Assembly: GCA_910592345.1 (NCBI GenBank)
Contig: CAJVPI010000028.1
Coordinates: 57,321 to 77,320, forward strand
DNA: 20,000 nt
Direction of reading: 5' to 3'
Source: Paraglomus brasilianum
Taxonomy: Eukaryota
Below, in pieces: positions 1 through 9,705 of the stretch. The notes under the pieces are model-generated. The model searched no databases, was not told where the DNA came from, and was given only the letters and a program-made list of their open reading frames with translations. Every line of letters begins with the position of its first letter. The first letter of the stretch is position 1. The position numbers and the translations under genes were made by a program.

Positions 1-178
1 CCGAATCTAACACGTTACCGAAAACTTTGGTTACCCTGCAAAGATCAAGGGGATTTTGCGCATCCATATTGTGCTTCCCGGTGTTCAAGGCGGTATCCCG
101 GCAAGCAAAGTGATTGAGGATGATACTTTCTTTGACGAAATGACGCCGAAAATGATCACATGTGTAGTCAAGTCATAG
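1..178 (+). pseudogene. 3' end of a probable degraded Crinkler/CR-effector-like gene (truncated by window edge)
   Basis: Frame 2 from 11 reads HVTENFGYPAKIKGILRIHIVLPGVQGGIPASKVIEDDTFFDEMTPKMITCVVKS* (TAG 176-178). GILRIH-x-hP...DD...FFDE resembles C-termini I recall from Mucoromycota CR-like proteins. An in-frame TAA at 8-10, with frame 1 (PNLTRYRK) open there, suggests a frameshift. Family call is from memory only. Confidence 0.4.
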
Positions 179-2685
179 GAACAATTTTGCCGATGGTAAC
201 TTGTGCACAAATTTGTGGACTGATTGAATTACATTTTATTGTTATTATTATTATTATGACTGTCATTGATTAAGCCACTGATCGCGTCGTTATATTAGAT
301 CGCATCGTGCGCAAAAAATTTTGTTCACTTTCAAACATACCATGAGTACTAGAAAAGAACGCCTTGAAGAACTGAAGCAATAGTATTTGGTGATGCGCAA
401 AGTCGTATTAAAAGTAATGCTTATTGGTAAAGTGACTGAATATCCAGGCTTGACTAGTCTGTGATACATTCTTTGGTGAAATTAGACTTATATTGTGTGC
501 TTCAATCAGATTTATTTATGCCATAGATGTCGATGAAATTAATAATCCGCATGGCTTATATTTACGTGTATTTCTCAGCCCAAATCTGGCTAATTTATAG
601 TACAAGTTTTTCTAATATACATCAATGCTTTTATTACTAGGCTAGGAAACGGAAACCATCATCAGTATTATTGTTCACGTGTTATAAGATCGATGGATGG
701 ATGGGAATATTACAGGGGTCAGTGATCAGACCGCATATTAATATCGCATAACAATAGAAAGTTCTTCGCTACGCTCCGGACAATTATGAAAAAGTACGGA
801 CAAAAGTGCTTGCATTTACAGTTTATTATTTATACTGATGTGTCGAATTGATAACGGGGCTTATAACGATGATTATATCTTCTTACAATGCTGCACGCGA
901 TACAAGCTTGTACAGAAGCAAAATAAAAGAAGCTATGAACTCTCATGTTAAAGCTCAAAAATCGGACATTGGAAAGGGGATACAGTTCTTCATCAAACCA
1001 TGTAAAACTATAGATATTTGGGTAACAGACTTTCTAAGCTGCGTTGCGCTTATACCTGTTCAGCTGCGCTGTCACAGAATATAACACGCATTACTTTTAA
1101 TACATCACCAGATATTACATACAGTACGTTAAATAAAGGCATTATAGATATTTTCTTTTGAACATCTGAAATGTCTTACGAAATGATACTAGTCTTGTTA
1201 GCATATACAATATGTCTTTGCTATTGTGATGAAATCGCTTATAACTAAAAAGCATGTACGAACGTCATGTACTTTTTTATCTTGATGCCACAGAGATTTT
1301 GGCCTTAAGCCTTTTTCTCGATAGCCACACATAACTTTGCGTTTAGGTTTCTGTAAACTAGATGAGTGCCGCTGTGTCTTAAATAAAATGCTAATGATGG
1401 ATCCGGATTCTTACTGAAATGTCGGGTCAAAAGTATAATAATATCAAACTATTTAAATGTTTATACGAGGTTTTGTTGACTACTCTTCAATTGCATCAAT
1501 ATTTTCTGATTAACGGCCTCATTGGGTCTTCTGAGCATTGAATTTTCTTTTCTTGTTGACGAATTTGCCTCTATCTCGCTCCTCCAGCAAATAGGATGAT
1601 TTCATGGGTACCGAAACCATTGGTTTTGTGTCGAGTTTTTAAAATTAAATTTCTTAACCTGAACTCACGATTTATTTTATACAATCAACCACCTCGCGTA
1701 TATTTTTATAGATAGATCTAATCCATATTGAGCATATTGATATTTTAATTTCACAGGCGTTTATATCAAGTTAATGTTGGCTGTATTCTGGCATGATATA
1801 GATTTGTATATAAGCTACACCGGGTGTGAATGACGTCTGAGTCAAGTTAGTTAACCTTCAGCCACACCAGTCTCTTATTTATGTCACATAACAAAATATT
1901 CTACTTTAAATAAGCTACTTTTGAGAGGTAAAACCAATACAGTAGATGTCTATAATACAGAAAATAGAGACTTAAAGAGAGATCCGAAATTCCAAAAAAG
2001 AGATATAAAAAGATAAGAGCAAGAAATCAACCGGCTCGGAACAATTAATTATTTGCAAGACGAACGTGACGATAAAATAATAAAATGAGAATTTCTTGGA
2101 CCGCCACAAAGAATCGCCTTTGTTCTATGTACGCCAGCATCTATTGTCATTCCTTAATAACTTCAGTGCCCAACGATTGATTGCATTCACAATAAAAACT
2201 CCTTCATTATATGTTTCTAATTATGTTTATATGAAAAAATAAACAATTTCCAATTTAGGCAACACCTCTTAATTGATGTGATGCCCCCTACTGAATGACT
2301 TCTATTTTTGGGTCCCCAAAATAGCTAATGGCGGCAACGCTATTAAATGTGGGATCGACCAAATCGAACTTTCTAAAACATTTCACACAGCCATTACTCT
2401 ACGACAATTCACATTCTTCGAAGGCACCTTAAAGATGATCGGTCTCTCGTTTACAGGTTATCAGAGATGTTTCTGCGTATGTTTATTAAAATAGTTATTT
2501 CGCATTGAGCAAACTTTGTTCGAGATTAAAGATAGAGCCATAATTATCCGGAGAATTCGCATCATCGGAGATTAACGGAGAATAATTAGGCTGCATGATT
2601 TTTAGCTAAATAAGGTTCCTCATGACGTATTCGCTATGTAATGTCCAACTGATGACGTTACCTTCAGCTACATCAACGTGTGCAA

Positions 2686-2693
2686 TATATAAA
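2686..2693 (+). promoter_or_regulatory. TATA box of the secreted C2-domain gene
   Basis: TATATAAA about 55 nt upstream of ATG 2748; two TGACGT (CRE/ATF-like) hexamers at 2623-2628 and 2653-2658. Confidence 0.5.
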
Positions 2694-2747
2694 CACCATC
2701 TTGCTCGTTTTCTTTTCAACACCAGCGAAATCATAAGTTTTGACAGG

Positions 2748-3570
2748 ATGGCTTCCAAATTAGCAATCGTGCTTATCTTTATGCTTGCCTTCTGCTTATT
2801 CCTTCATGTCGACGCAATAATAATTGGCATCCTGAAAGTTACCGTCCGTGGGTATCAGTTGATATAATCGTAGTACGAAGATCTTTAACGTGAATCGAAA
2901 ATATTAACTCAATTGGTAACTGCAAAAGACAGGGCAAGGCGTCTACCCAATTTAGATCGATTATCAGCAGGAGAAGGCAAGAAATAAATTTTAGATTGAA
3001 TGGTCATTTCCTTGATTCTATTTTACTAATACATATTCTCGATTTCTTTACACGGACAGACAAAAGTAGGTTGACGTTTGTCTTACTATTATGTCAGCTG
3101 CTGAATTAGTTTATTTTCATCGAACTGACATTCTTTACCATTCTAAGGTGATCCATATGCCCTGGTATGGGTTGGCGGTTCAAAGGCGTTCCCTGTTACA
3201 CAGCCCGCACAGACGACGAAAGTTGCAAGCAATACATTAAACCCAGTTTGGAATGAGGATTTATATTTCTGTATTACGAACCAAACTTCAGTCTATGTTG
3301 ATGTTCTGGATAAAAACCATCCCCCTTCAACTCCTGATAATTTTGTGCGCATTTAACTTTTTTAATGCCCGTCACGCTATTGATTCATGCCATTGATTCA
3401 TCCCATTGATTCATACCCTAACTTATCACTTTATATAGATCGGTCTCGCTGCTGTTCGCCGGATCAGGAAGTTGTCGCCAGCATGGTTTCCTTTGTACGG
3501 CACCAAACACGGACAAATCCGCCTCTCAATGGAATTCTTTCCTACCAAAGCTGCTGTTGGTGTAGCCTAA
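2748..3570 (+). CDS. Small protein with N-terminal signal peptide and a single C2 domain (160 aa, 5 exons)
   Basis: Exons 2748-2847, 2929-2976, 3060-3065, 3148-3344, 3439-3570 (483 nt, open frame). Protein: MASKLAIVLIFMLAFCLFLHVDA-IIIGILKVTVHRARRLPNLDRLSAGEDKSDPYALVWVGGSKAFPVTQPAQTTKVASNTLNPVWNEDLYFCITNQTSVYVDVLDKNHPPSTPDNFIGLAAVRRIRKLSPAWFPLYGTKHGQIRLSMEFFPTKAAVGVA*. C2 hallmarks: GILKVTV-xRA-xL, SDPY, NTLNPVWNE, DNFIG, WFPL, GxIxLxxEF. Branch-point-like ACTAAT, ACTGAC and CCTAAC in introns 2-4. Confidence 0.88.
3379..3417. repeat. 13-bp tandem repeat x3 (ATTGATTCATNCC) in intron 4 of the C2 gene
   Basis: attgattcatgcc attgattcatccc attgattcatacc. Confidence 0.85.
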
Positions 3571-3970
3571 TTGCACTGTAATAATAATCATAGTAATAAT
3601 AGCTTATATATAATAATAAATAAATTCTTGACCCAAAACGAAAAACGTCATCGAGATATTCCTTACGTAATTTTAACTGCAAATATATTCGATTATTGCC
3701 TTATGCTTTTCCATAAACAGGCTGGCGATTAAAACAAGGCGCAATAAACTTTAGTCACGTGTACATCAGAAATAGATTGGTAAATGCCATTAGTATTAGT
3801 ATTAGCCCCGTCGTGCGACCGTAACTAATCAATTTAAGGCATCCTAATCCCGGCTATTCCTACCGCTACAGTATTAGTTATGTCAACCCTTGGAATGATT
3901 GATTTTCCCTTATACTTGGTCAAATATCTCAAAAATTTGGCATACAGTCTCTTCGTCTAATTCATGCTGC

Positions 3971-5603
3971 ATGATGACATCTCTTCCAAATTCCCTAATA
4001 AAATTACAAGAACAGACTTTTCTAGGTAATGATGCTCTCGTCTCTATCAAGTGCGCTCTTATCTCGGCTTTCAAATCAGGTCTCTCCAAAGACGCCCCAA
4101 CGATGATTCCATCGTTTGTTTCTATCTTCCCTGATGGTACCGAAATTGGCGAATATCTTGCACTTGATCTCGGTGGAACTAATCTCAGAGTTGCTGTTGT
4201 TCGTCTACTGGGAAACGATCGATTTGATTCAGAGACAAAGGAGAGTTTTGTTATACCGGATGAGAAGAAAAAGGGAGATGCTTTATTTGATTGGATTGCT
4301 GAAATGGTGAAAGCAGTTCTGGATAAGAAAGGTATTGATTATAAAAAGCCTGTCATCGTTGGAGCTACATTCAGTTTTCCTGTTAAGTAAGTTCTAATAT
4401 ATGATATAGAGGATGGTATAAGCCCAAGCGATTAGAAGTTGTATGTTTGTGGTGGTGAACCTTGCGGCTAATTCGTTATTAATAGTCAAGTTGCTATCAA
4501 TCGCGGAACCGTGGCAACTATGGGTAAAGGATTCGATCTTGATAGTGTTGAGGGTATGGACATTGTGGAACTGATGGAAAACGGTTTCAAAAGAAAGGTA
4601 ATCATCGAATCAATAAGGAGGTATTGTTGATTTTGTCATCGGCCAATATATATCGATAACATGTCAAATCGCAATTTTGATAGAATCTTAACATGTGCAT
4701 CTCAGCTATCGTCAACGATGCGGTATCAACTCTCATAGCTCAAATGTACAAAGAACCAACAACCACCATTGCATCAATAATATTGGGCACTGGCACTAAC
4801 TCTGCTTGCATCGTTCCTATCGCTGAAATCAAAAGGCCATCTTTTTCCTTTCCACAGTCTTCTGCGTCTGACAGAATGGTCATTAACATGGAATGGAGTC
4901 TCATGGGAGCAGACTTTCTCTCTTTCACGGAATATGATAAGCAACTGGACAAAGGCATCAAACCTGGATTCCAACCGTTCGAGAAAATGGTCAGTGGATA
5001 TTACTTGCATGAACTAGTGAGATTGGCTATCGTTGATTTTGTGAAGAAGAAGGAATTATTTGGAGGCGTTCTTCCTGGCGGGATGGAAAGAAAATATAGC
5101 TTTACTAGTGAGCTCATGAGCGACTTTGAGAGGTCAGGAATGAAATTTGTTAACTGAACGTAATTTGTATTAAGATTAAGGTACTCGGTTCACGGTTCAT
5201 TTCCAAAATTGAAATCTATTTCTTCGCTTCCAGATTCTCCATAGACCGTCCTGACGAGCTGATATCAAAACTTTCCGAACGCTATCAACTTCCCGATGAC
5301 ATAAAATTGAGTGACCTTGAAGTAATTCAATCAATAGTCAAATGTTTCTCCAGGAGATCAGCTCAGCTCGTTGCTGCTGGCATTGCGGCTCTTGTTGAAT
5401 TCGCGCATCCTGAAACCACAGAGACGGATGTCACGATTGGAATCGATGGATCGGTATATTCTCATTATCATGGTTATTCTGATATGTTGACGAACGAGAT
5501 GGAGAATTTAGTGGGGACCAGAGTTAGAATTTCAGAAGTTAAGGATGGCGGATGTGTAGGAGCTACTATTGTTGCTATGCTATATGCTAAAAAGTCAAAG
5601 TAA
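3971..5603 (+). CDS. HXK1: Hexokinase-family protein, probably N-acetylglucosamine kinase type (448 aa, 4 exons)
   Basis: Exons 3971-4386, 4486-4597, 4684-5132, 5234-5603 with GT-AG introns, 1347 nt in frame. Motifs MIPSFV, YLALDLGGTNLRV, GATFSFPV, MGKGF, IVNDAV, IILGTGTNSA, INMEW, PGFQPFEKMVSGYYL, RSAQLVAAGIAA, IGIDGSVY, DGGCVGA. Symbol is family-level only; the start (ATG 3971 or 3974, or an upstream exon) is uncertain. Confidence 0.93.
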
Positions 5604-6021
5604 CTATTGAATAAATGAATATTTGTACCTTGTTTTAGGATAAGATCTGATGCATCAAATACGCCTACACGTAAGAAACATATGTCTGAATGTAGCAAAG
5701 ATACAGTCAATCCCTTGATTATTGTCAAGCGCTTTAATGCATCAAACCCATTTTAAAACATGAAAGTTCAATTATCAATAGGAAGGCGTTTGGATTTCGA
5801 AGAACTTGACGGATTGATTCCTAAAAGACAAACGTCGAAAGTTCCAAGTAACCAAAACTAAAAGTAAACCGCCACCAATAACTCGGACTCGCCGTCTATT
5901 ATGCGACGGTTTTTTCTTAGCAAACATTTGGACATTAATGCGGCAGTTACCCGACCGCTTTCATCCATTCTTACTAATGTAGTGTGGAATATGAAAAATT
6001 GAAGATAATAGGATACGGAAC

Positions 6022-6091
6022 GGGGACGGGGACGGGAATGGGAAATGGGAGATGGGAAATAGGAGATGGGAAATAGGAGATGGGAAATGGG
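6022..6091 (+). repeat. G-tract simple repeat (GGGGAC / GGGA[AG]AT units), potential G-quadruplex
   Basis: GGGG-AC-GGGG-AC-GGG-AAT-GGG-AAAT-GGG-AGAT-GGG-AAATAGGAGAT-GGG-AAATAGGAGAT-GGG-AAAT-GGG: nine tracts of 3 or more G. Confidence 0.8.
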
Positions 6092-6505
6092 AAAAGCGTA
6101 ATTTGAGAAACAAATTATTTTCGAGTAGTAATAAGAGGCTATAAATTATAATTTTATAAATACGTGAAACAATTTTTGTATTTTACGTGCGATTGTATTT
6201 TTTTTTTTGACGCAACAAGACGGAAATCGCGCACAGAAGGCAGCCATCGCGTCTTGAATACCAGACGCGATTTTGGCTGTTGATTGTAATGTATATAAAA
6301 ATGTTGTTTCTTTCGAATCCTATTTCTCTGGAATCTTTTTATTAACATTCTAAAAACTCTTCACTCGTTTGAATAATATAAAAATTAATAAAAACCGATT
6401 CCTATTAACTGCTAATAATGTGTTCTAGAATGATCGGCAGGCTATATTTGGGCCGTTTACTAAAATAGAGAAAAAGTTGTGTCGTTTTAATTACAAGTCG
6501 ACATC

Positions 6506-8950
6506 ATGCCTCCAAAACGAAAGTCTGCTGCTAAGTGCTCTGCACAAACTAGACAATCGAAGCGGAAGAATACAGTGAACTCATTCCAGCTGTTGGAAGA
6601 CCATGATCTGGTCAGTGACAGGTTTGGCTTTGATATTGGAGACCAATGACTCATTTATTTTTTTTCGTATTTACCACTAGACTGACATCACACCTGAGCA
6701 TGTCAACCATGTTTTTTTACTTGACTCATCTGTGGTGCCAGAAGGTGGCCCTACATGGATTGAGTTTGATATGCTGAAGGAGGAAAACTACCACAATCTG
6801 GATGCATCCAAACGGGATAACTATCTACTACCCTTCCTCATCCGAAAATGTGCTGTCAAATTACTAAAATCCATGCAGGCGTTAAAGGAACAATTTGATG
6901 AGAAAGGAGTGTTTATTAATGTTGGCAGAATACTCAGTAAGTTGTTGCTGTATTCTGCCTCCGTGTCTCTGCTTTCAAACAGTGCTAATATCTTCATTTT
7001 CTGCTGTATGGCTAGCTGGCACTGCTGGTGCGGGAAAATCATACGTTCTGTACCATGTTGTCCAGTTTTGCCGGGCCTCAGGATGGCTTGTTCTTTATGT
7101 TCCAAGGTGTAAGTCATGTGAGAGTTTTGTGTGTCTTAGTCACTGCAGTCATTCTGTATTTTCTTTTAGTGGGAACACTTGCAAGAGAGGATAATGAAGA
7201 AGCAGCCAAGTTGATTTTGGAAGCTTTTTTGGAAGGTAATGAAAGGCAACTTAAGGACATGAAGTATCATGAGAAGTCCCTCTATGATTTCATTACAGAG
7301 GGTTTCAATGATGAGAAGTATCTAGCAACTTTTAAGAAGATCATAACTATTCTCACTGGAAAGCTCACGTGAGTCCATCTTTCCCATTTATATTTACTTC
7401 TCTGATGAGTTGTCTCAGTAAATGATTCATTTGGTTTTCTTTCTATTTTGTAGAATCCCTGTTCTCATTGCTATTGATGAGTGGAACTCTCGGTTCACTG
7501 GAGATAGTTTATGCTGGGAAGTGCTCAATACTTTTAATGATAAGATGCTGGTTAGGATTGCATATATTAATATGTATTCTGCACCATTGATTGATGGGCC
7601 TCACTGATTATAATTTGTATCTATATCAATAGATGTCAGGATTTTGGCTCTATTCTATCTCTACGGCATTTGATCCTGTCCAAAGTCTCAGAAATGCTGA
7701 TGCAACAACAATTACCATTGACATTCCACCCTACAGTGAGGAAGAATTTGATGCAATCTTAGAATGCCAGCAATACTTTAGGCGACTCCCTGCAGGTATT
7801 GGCATACTCTGGGAATTATCTTCACTTCCTCAGTACTGTATTTAATTTTCTTCTCTATTTTCAAAGTCATCAACAAGGATCAGATCCGATACCACTCTGC
7901 CCTTATTCCACAAATGATTTTATATTGGTGTTTGGATTGGAGTCCCAACTTGGGAAAACTATTTGAAGATGTCCTGAGGTCCTTTTCCAATCATGCTGTC
8001 AAGTATTATAAAGGGAGAATCCAGAAGACCTTGGATCGAGCTAAGCATTTGACTACTAATGAAGAATTGATAACACATCAGACTTTGGCCTTCTTCTACA
8101 TAAATGTTGCAGTGAAAAGTCTTCCTGCTTTGTGGGAGATTTCTGGCCTATTTGTTGAGGAGAAATCAGAGGCAGATGGTGGTGAATATGTTTACAAATG
8201 TGTCTGTCCTCCCATTCATGAGGCTATTATCAAATATTTTTGTTGGGGTGATAGTAATGTTCAATCAACTATTGGTGTTCTGGTAGGTCATCTTATTGTT
8301 TCCTCCATCTTCTATAATCTAATGAACTTATCAATCAGGTTGCAGATTCATCAACCAACTGGTGGACTCTTGAGCTACTGGTTGCTTGTTACTTTCGCAA
8401 AGGAACCCCAACTACTATCAGCTTGATAAACAAGGATCTAATGGGAAAGAAGCAACAACAAGAGAAATTGCATATCACCATTTCTATTGACTTTGAACAG
8501 ACAGTGCCACTTATCAATACACCCATATTACCAGGGACCTTTTTAATTTTACGTCAAGGACATCCTGTCTGTGACTTCATTGCTTACTCTTCAGAAAACC
8601 ATGGTGAACTCTTTTTTATCCAGGTTTCCAAATCATCATATATGGCACACAACTCTAAGGTCACTGATTTAGGGGACACAATTCGAGGGAACAAATCGAT
8701 TTTGGAGCACTATATGGATCTTTGCCTAATGGAGGATGGGGAGAAGAGGTTTCCAAAAGTCAAAAATCAGGACATTAAGAACCTCAACAAGAAACTTCCT
8801 ACTGGCGTCTATTATGTGTACATTACAACATCAGATTCAGTACTCAGATCAAGAAACAATTTGAAGAATCATCCAGTCATTCTTGTGCAAGGTGATGATG
8901 TTAGGAGTGTTGTGGGTGTCACTTGGGATTTGTACAAAAATAAAATTTAA
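6506..8950 (+). CDS. P-loop NTPase (DAP3/mS29-like) fused to a C-terminal restriction-endonuclease-fold domain; Crinkler/CR-type NTPase+REase protein (646 aa, 8 exons)
   Basis: Exons 6506-6610, 6681-6936, 7016-7108, 7170-7368, 7454-7550, 7633-7795, 7867-8282, 8339-8950; all GT-AG, 1941 nt in frame. N-terminus MPPKRK...SKRK; Walker A RILTGTAGAGKS; FCRASGWLVLYVP; Walker B PVLIAIDEWN; IDIPPYSEEEF; nuclease-like LELLV...GHPVCDFIAYS...LFFIQVSKSSY..H. Confidence 0.85.
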
Positions 8951-9302
8951 AGCTTAGTCCTGAAGCAACTGTAAATAGTGAATTTAATAGTCCATTTGTT
9001 TTGACTACATGGACTTCAATCATGAGATGATTGATTGTCTCCACATGTACAGAATGTAAGTGTTATACTGCATTGTTTATTGTTACAGCCAGATGGTCTG
9101 GGTTTTGGGGAGTGATTATCTTTCACGCAGGAGTGTTCTTCCGACCGGGGGATGTTACCAGATTTAGCTTCGTATTAGTATCACTGTTCTTATTCCGGTG
9201 ATTGTTCAATTTCAAATGAACATAATTTGAGTCAAGAATTTTAATTTTTTTTTTTCATATTTATTGCAATGCCTAAGAAGCAAAAAAACCTTGCATCCTC
9301 AA

Positions 9303-9705
9303 TTATATAAACACCCACAACGTATGCGGGTTTGATTGATACAAATGATGATAATAATGTTGGATGGTGTCCAGAATGGCTTCAATAAATCGTTTAGTAA
9401 AATTTGCGACTGATTCTTGGCTAACGCCCAACATTCGTTCTAGTTGGCGATATCCCAGAGGATTTGCTAATCGTTGAATCACAATGGCAACTTAATTTAA
9501 ATAGGAGTTTGAGGTCGAAAGGGGTAGATAAATAGTTAAGATGTTGCTGTAGGATACTAAGCAGTCGATTGAATATGTCTGTCCAATAAGCCATTGTTTT
9601 TGGCCAAAGTAAACGAGATGTACGATTAATCCTTGACATCGAATCAAACAGAAATGCTAATTCTATCTCAATTAATCCTGTATTATTTCTGTTACTATGA
9701 AGCAA
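9303..9705 (-). mobile_element. Decayed PIF/Harbinger-type transposase fragment (N-terminal HTH region)
   Basis: Joining three minus-strand frames across two 1-nt shifts near 9490-9520 gives YWTDIFNRLLSILQQHLNYLST/FRPQTPI*I/VAIVIQRLANPLGYRQLERMLGVSQESVANFTKRFIEAILDTIQH. This matches the recalled Harbinger pattern PQxPhExQhAhxhxRL...FGhSxgtVxxxTxRhhxAI. No DDE core or TIRs found. Confidence 0.7.

Noticed and set aside
700..1620. Coding-like fragments on the minus strand (MVSVPMKSSYLLEERDRGK..., YSFTWFDEELYPF) and ORF 848-1084
   Set aside because: Multiple stops, no recognisable family and no consistent splice model; may be a decayed gene but I cannot support it.
2328..2510. Coding-like stretch (GIDQIELSKTF / IHILRRHLKDDRSLVYRLSEMF)
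   Set aside because: Short, split across frames and not confidently assignable.
2622..2867. 81-aa ORF as a stand-alone gene starting at 2622
   Set aside because: Its first half spans the TATA region; the real start is probably ATG 2748 and the frame continues by splicing into the C2 exons.
3387..3581. 64-aa ORF
   Set aside because: Starts in the intron 4 tandem repeat and overlaps the last C2 exon in the wrong frame.
4116..5728. Alternative-frame and antisense ORFs over the hexokinase (4116-4310, 4740-4961, 4774-5010, 5474-5728)
   Set aside because: Shadow ORFs of a well-supported gene, with no recognisable motifs.
5892..5915. Hairpin plus T run resembling a rho-independent terminator or Helitron 3' end
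   Set aside because: The context is eukaryotic, the stem is only 5 bp and there is no properly placed CTRR terminus.
6506..8950. Calling this gene the mitochondrial ribosomal protein mS29/DAP3/RSM23
   Set aside because: It has an NLS-like rather than presequence-like N-terminus, a shortened NTPase and a large nuclease-like C-terminal extension.
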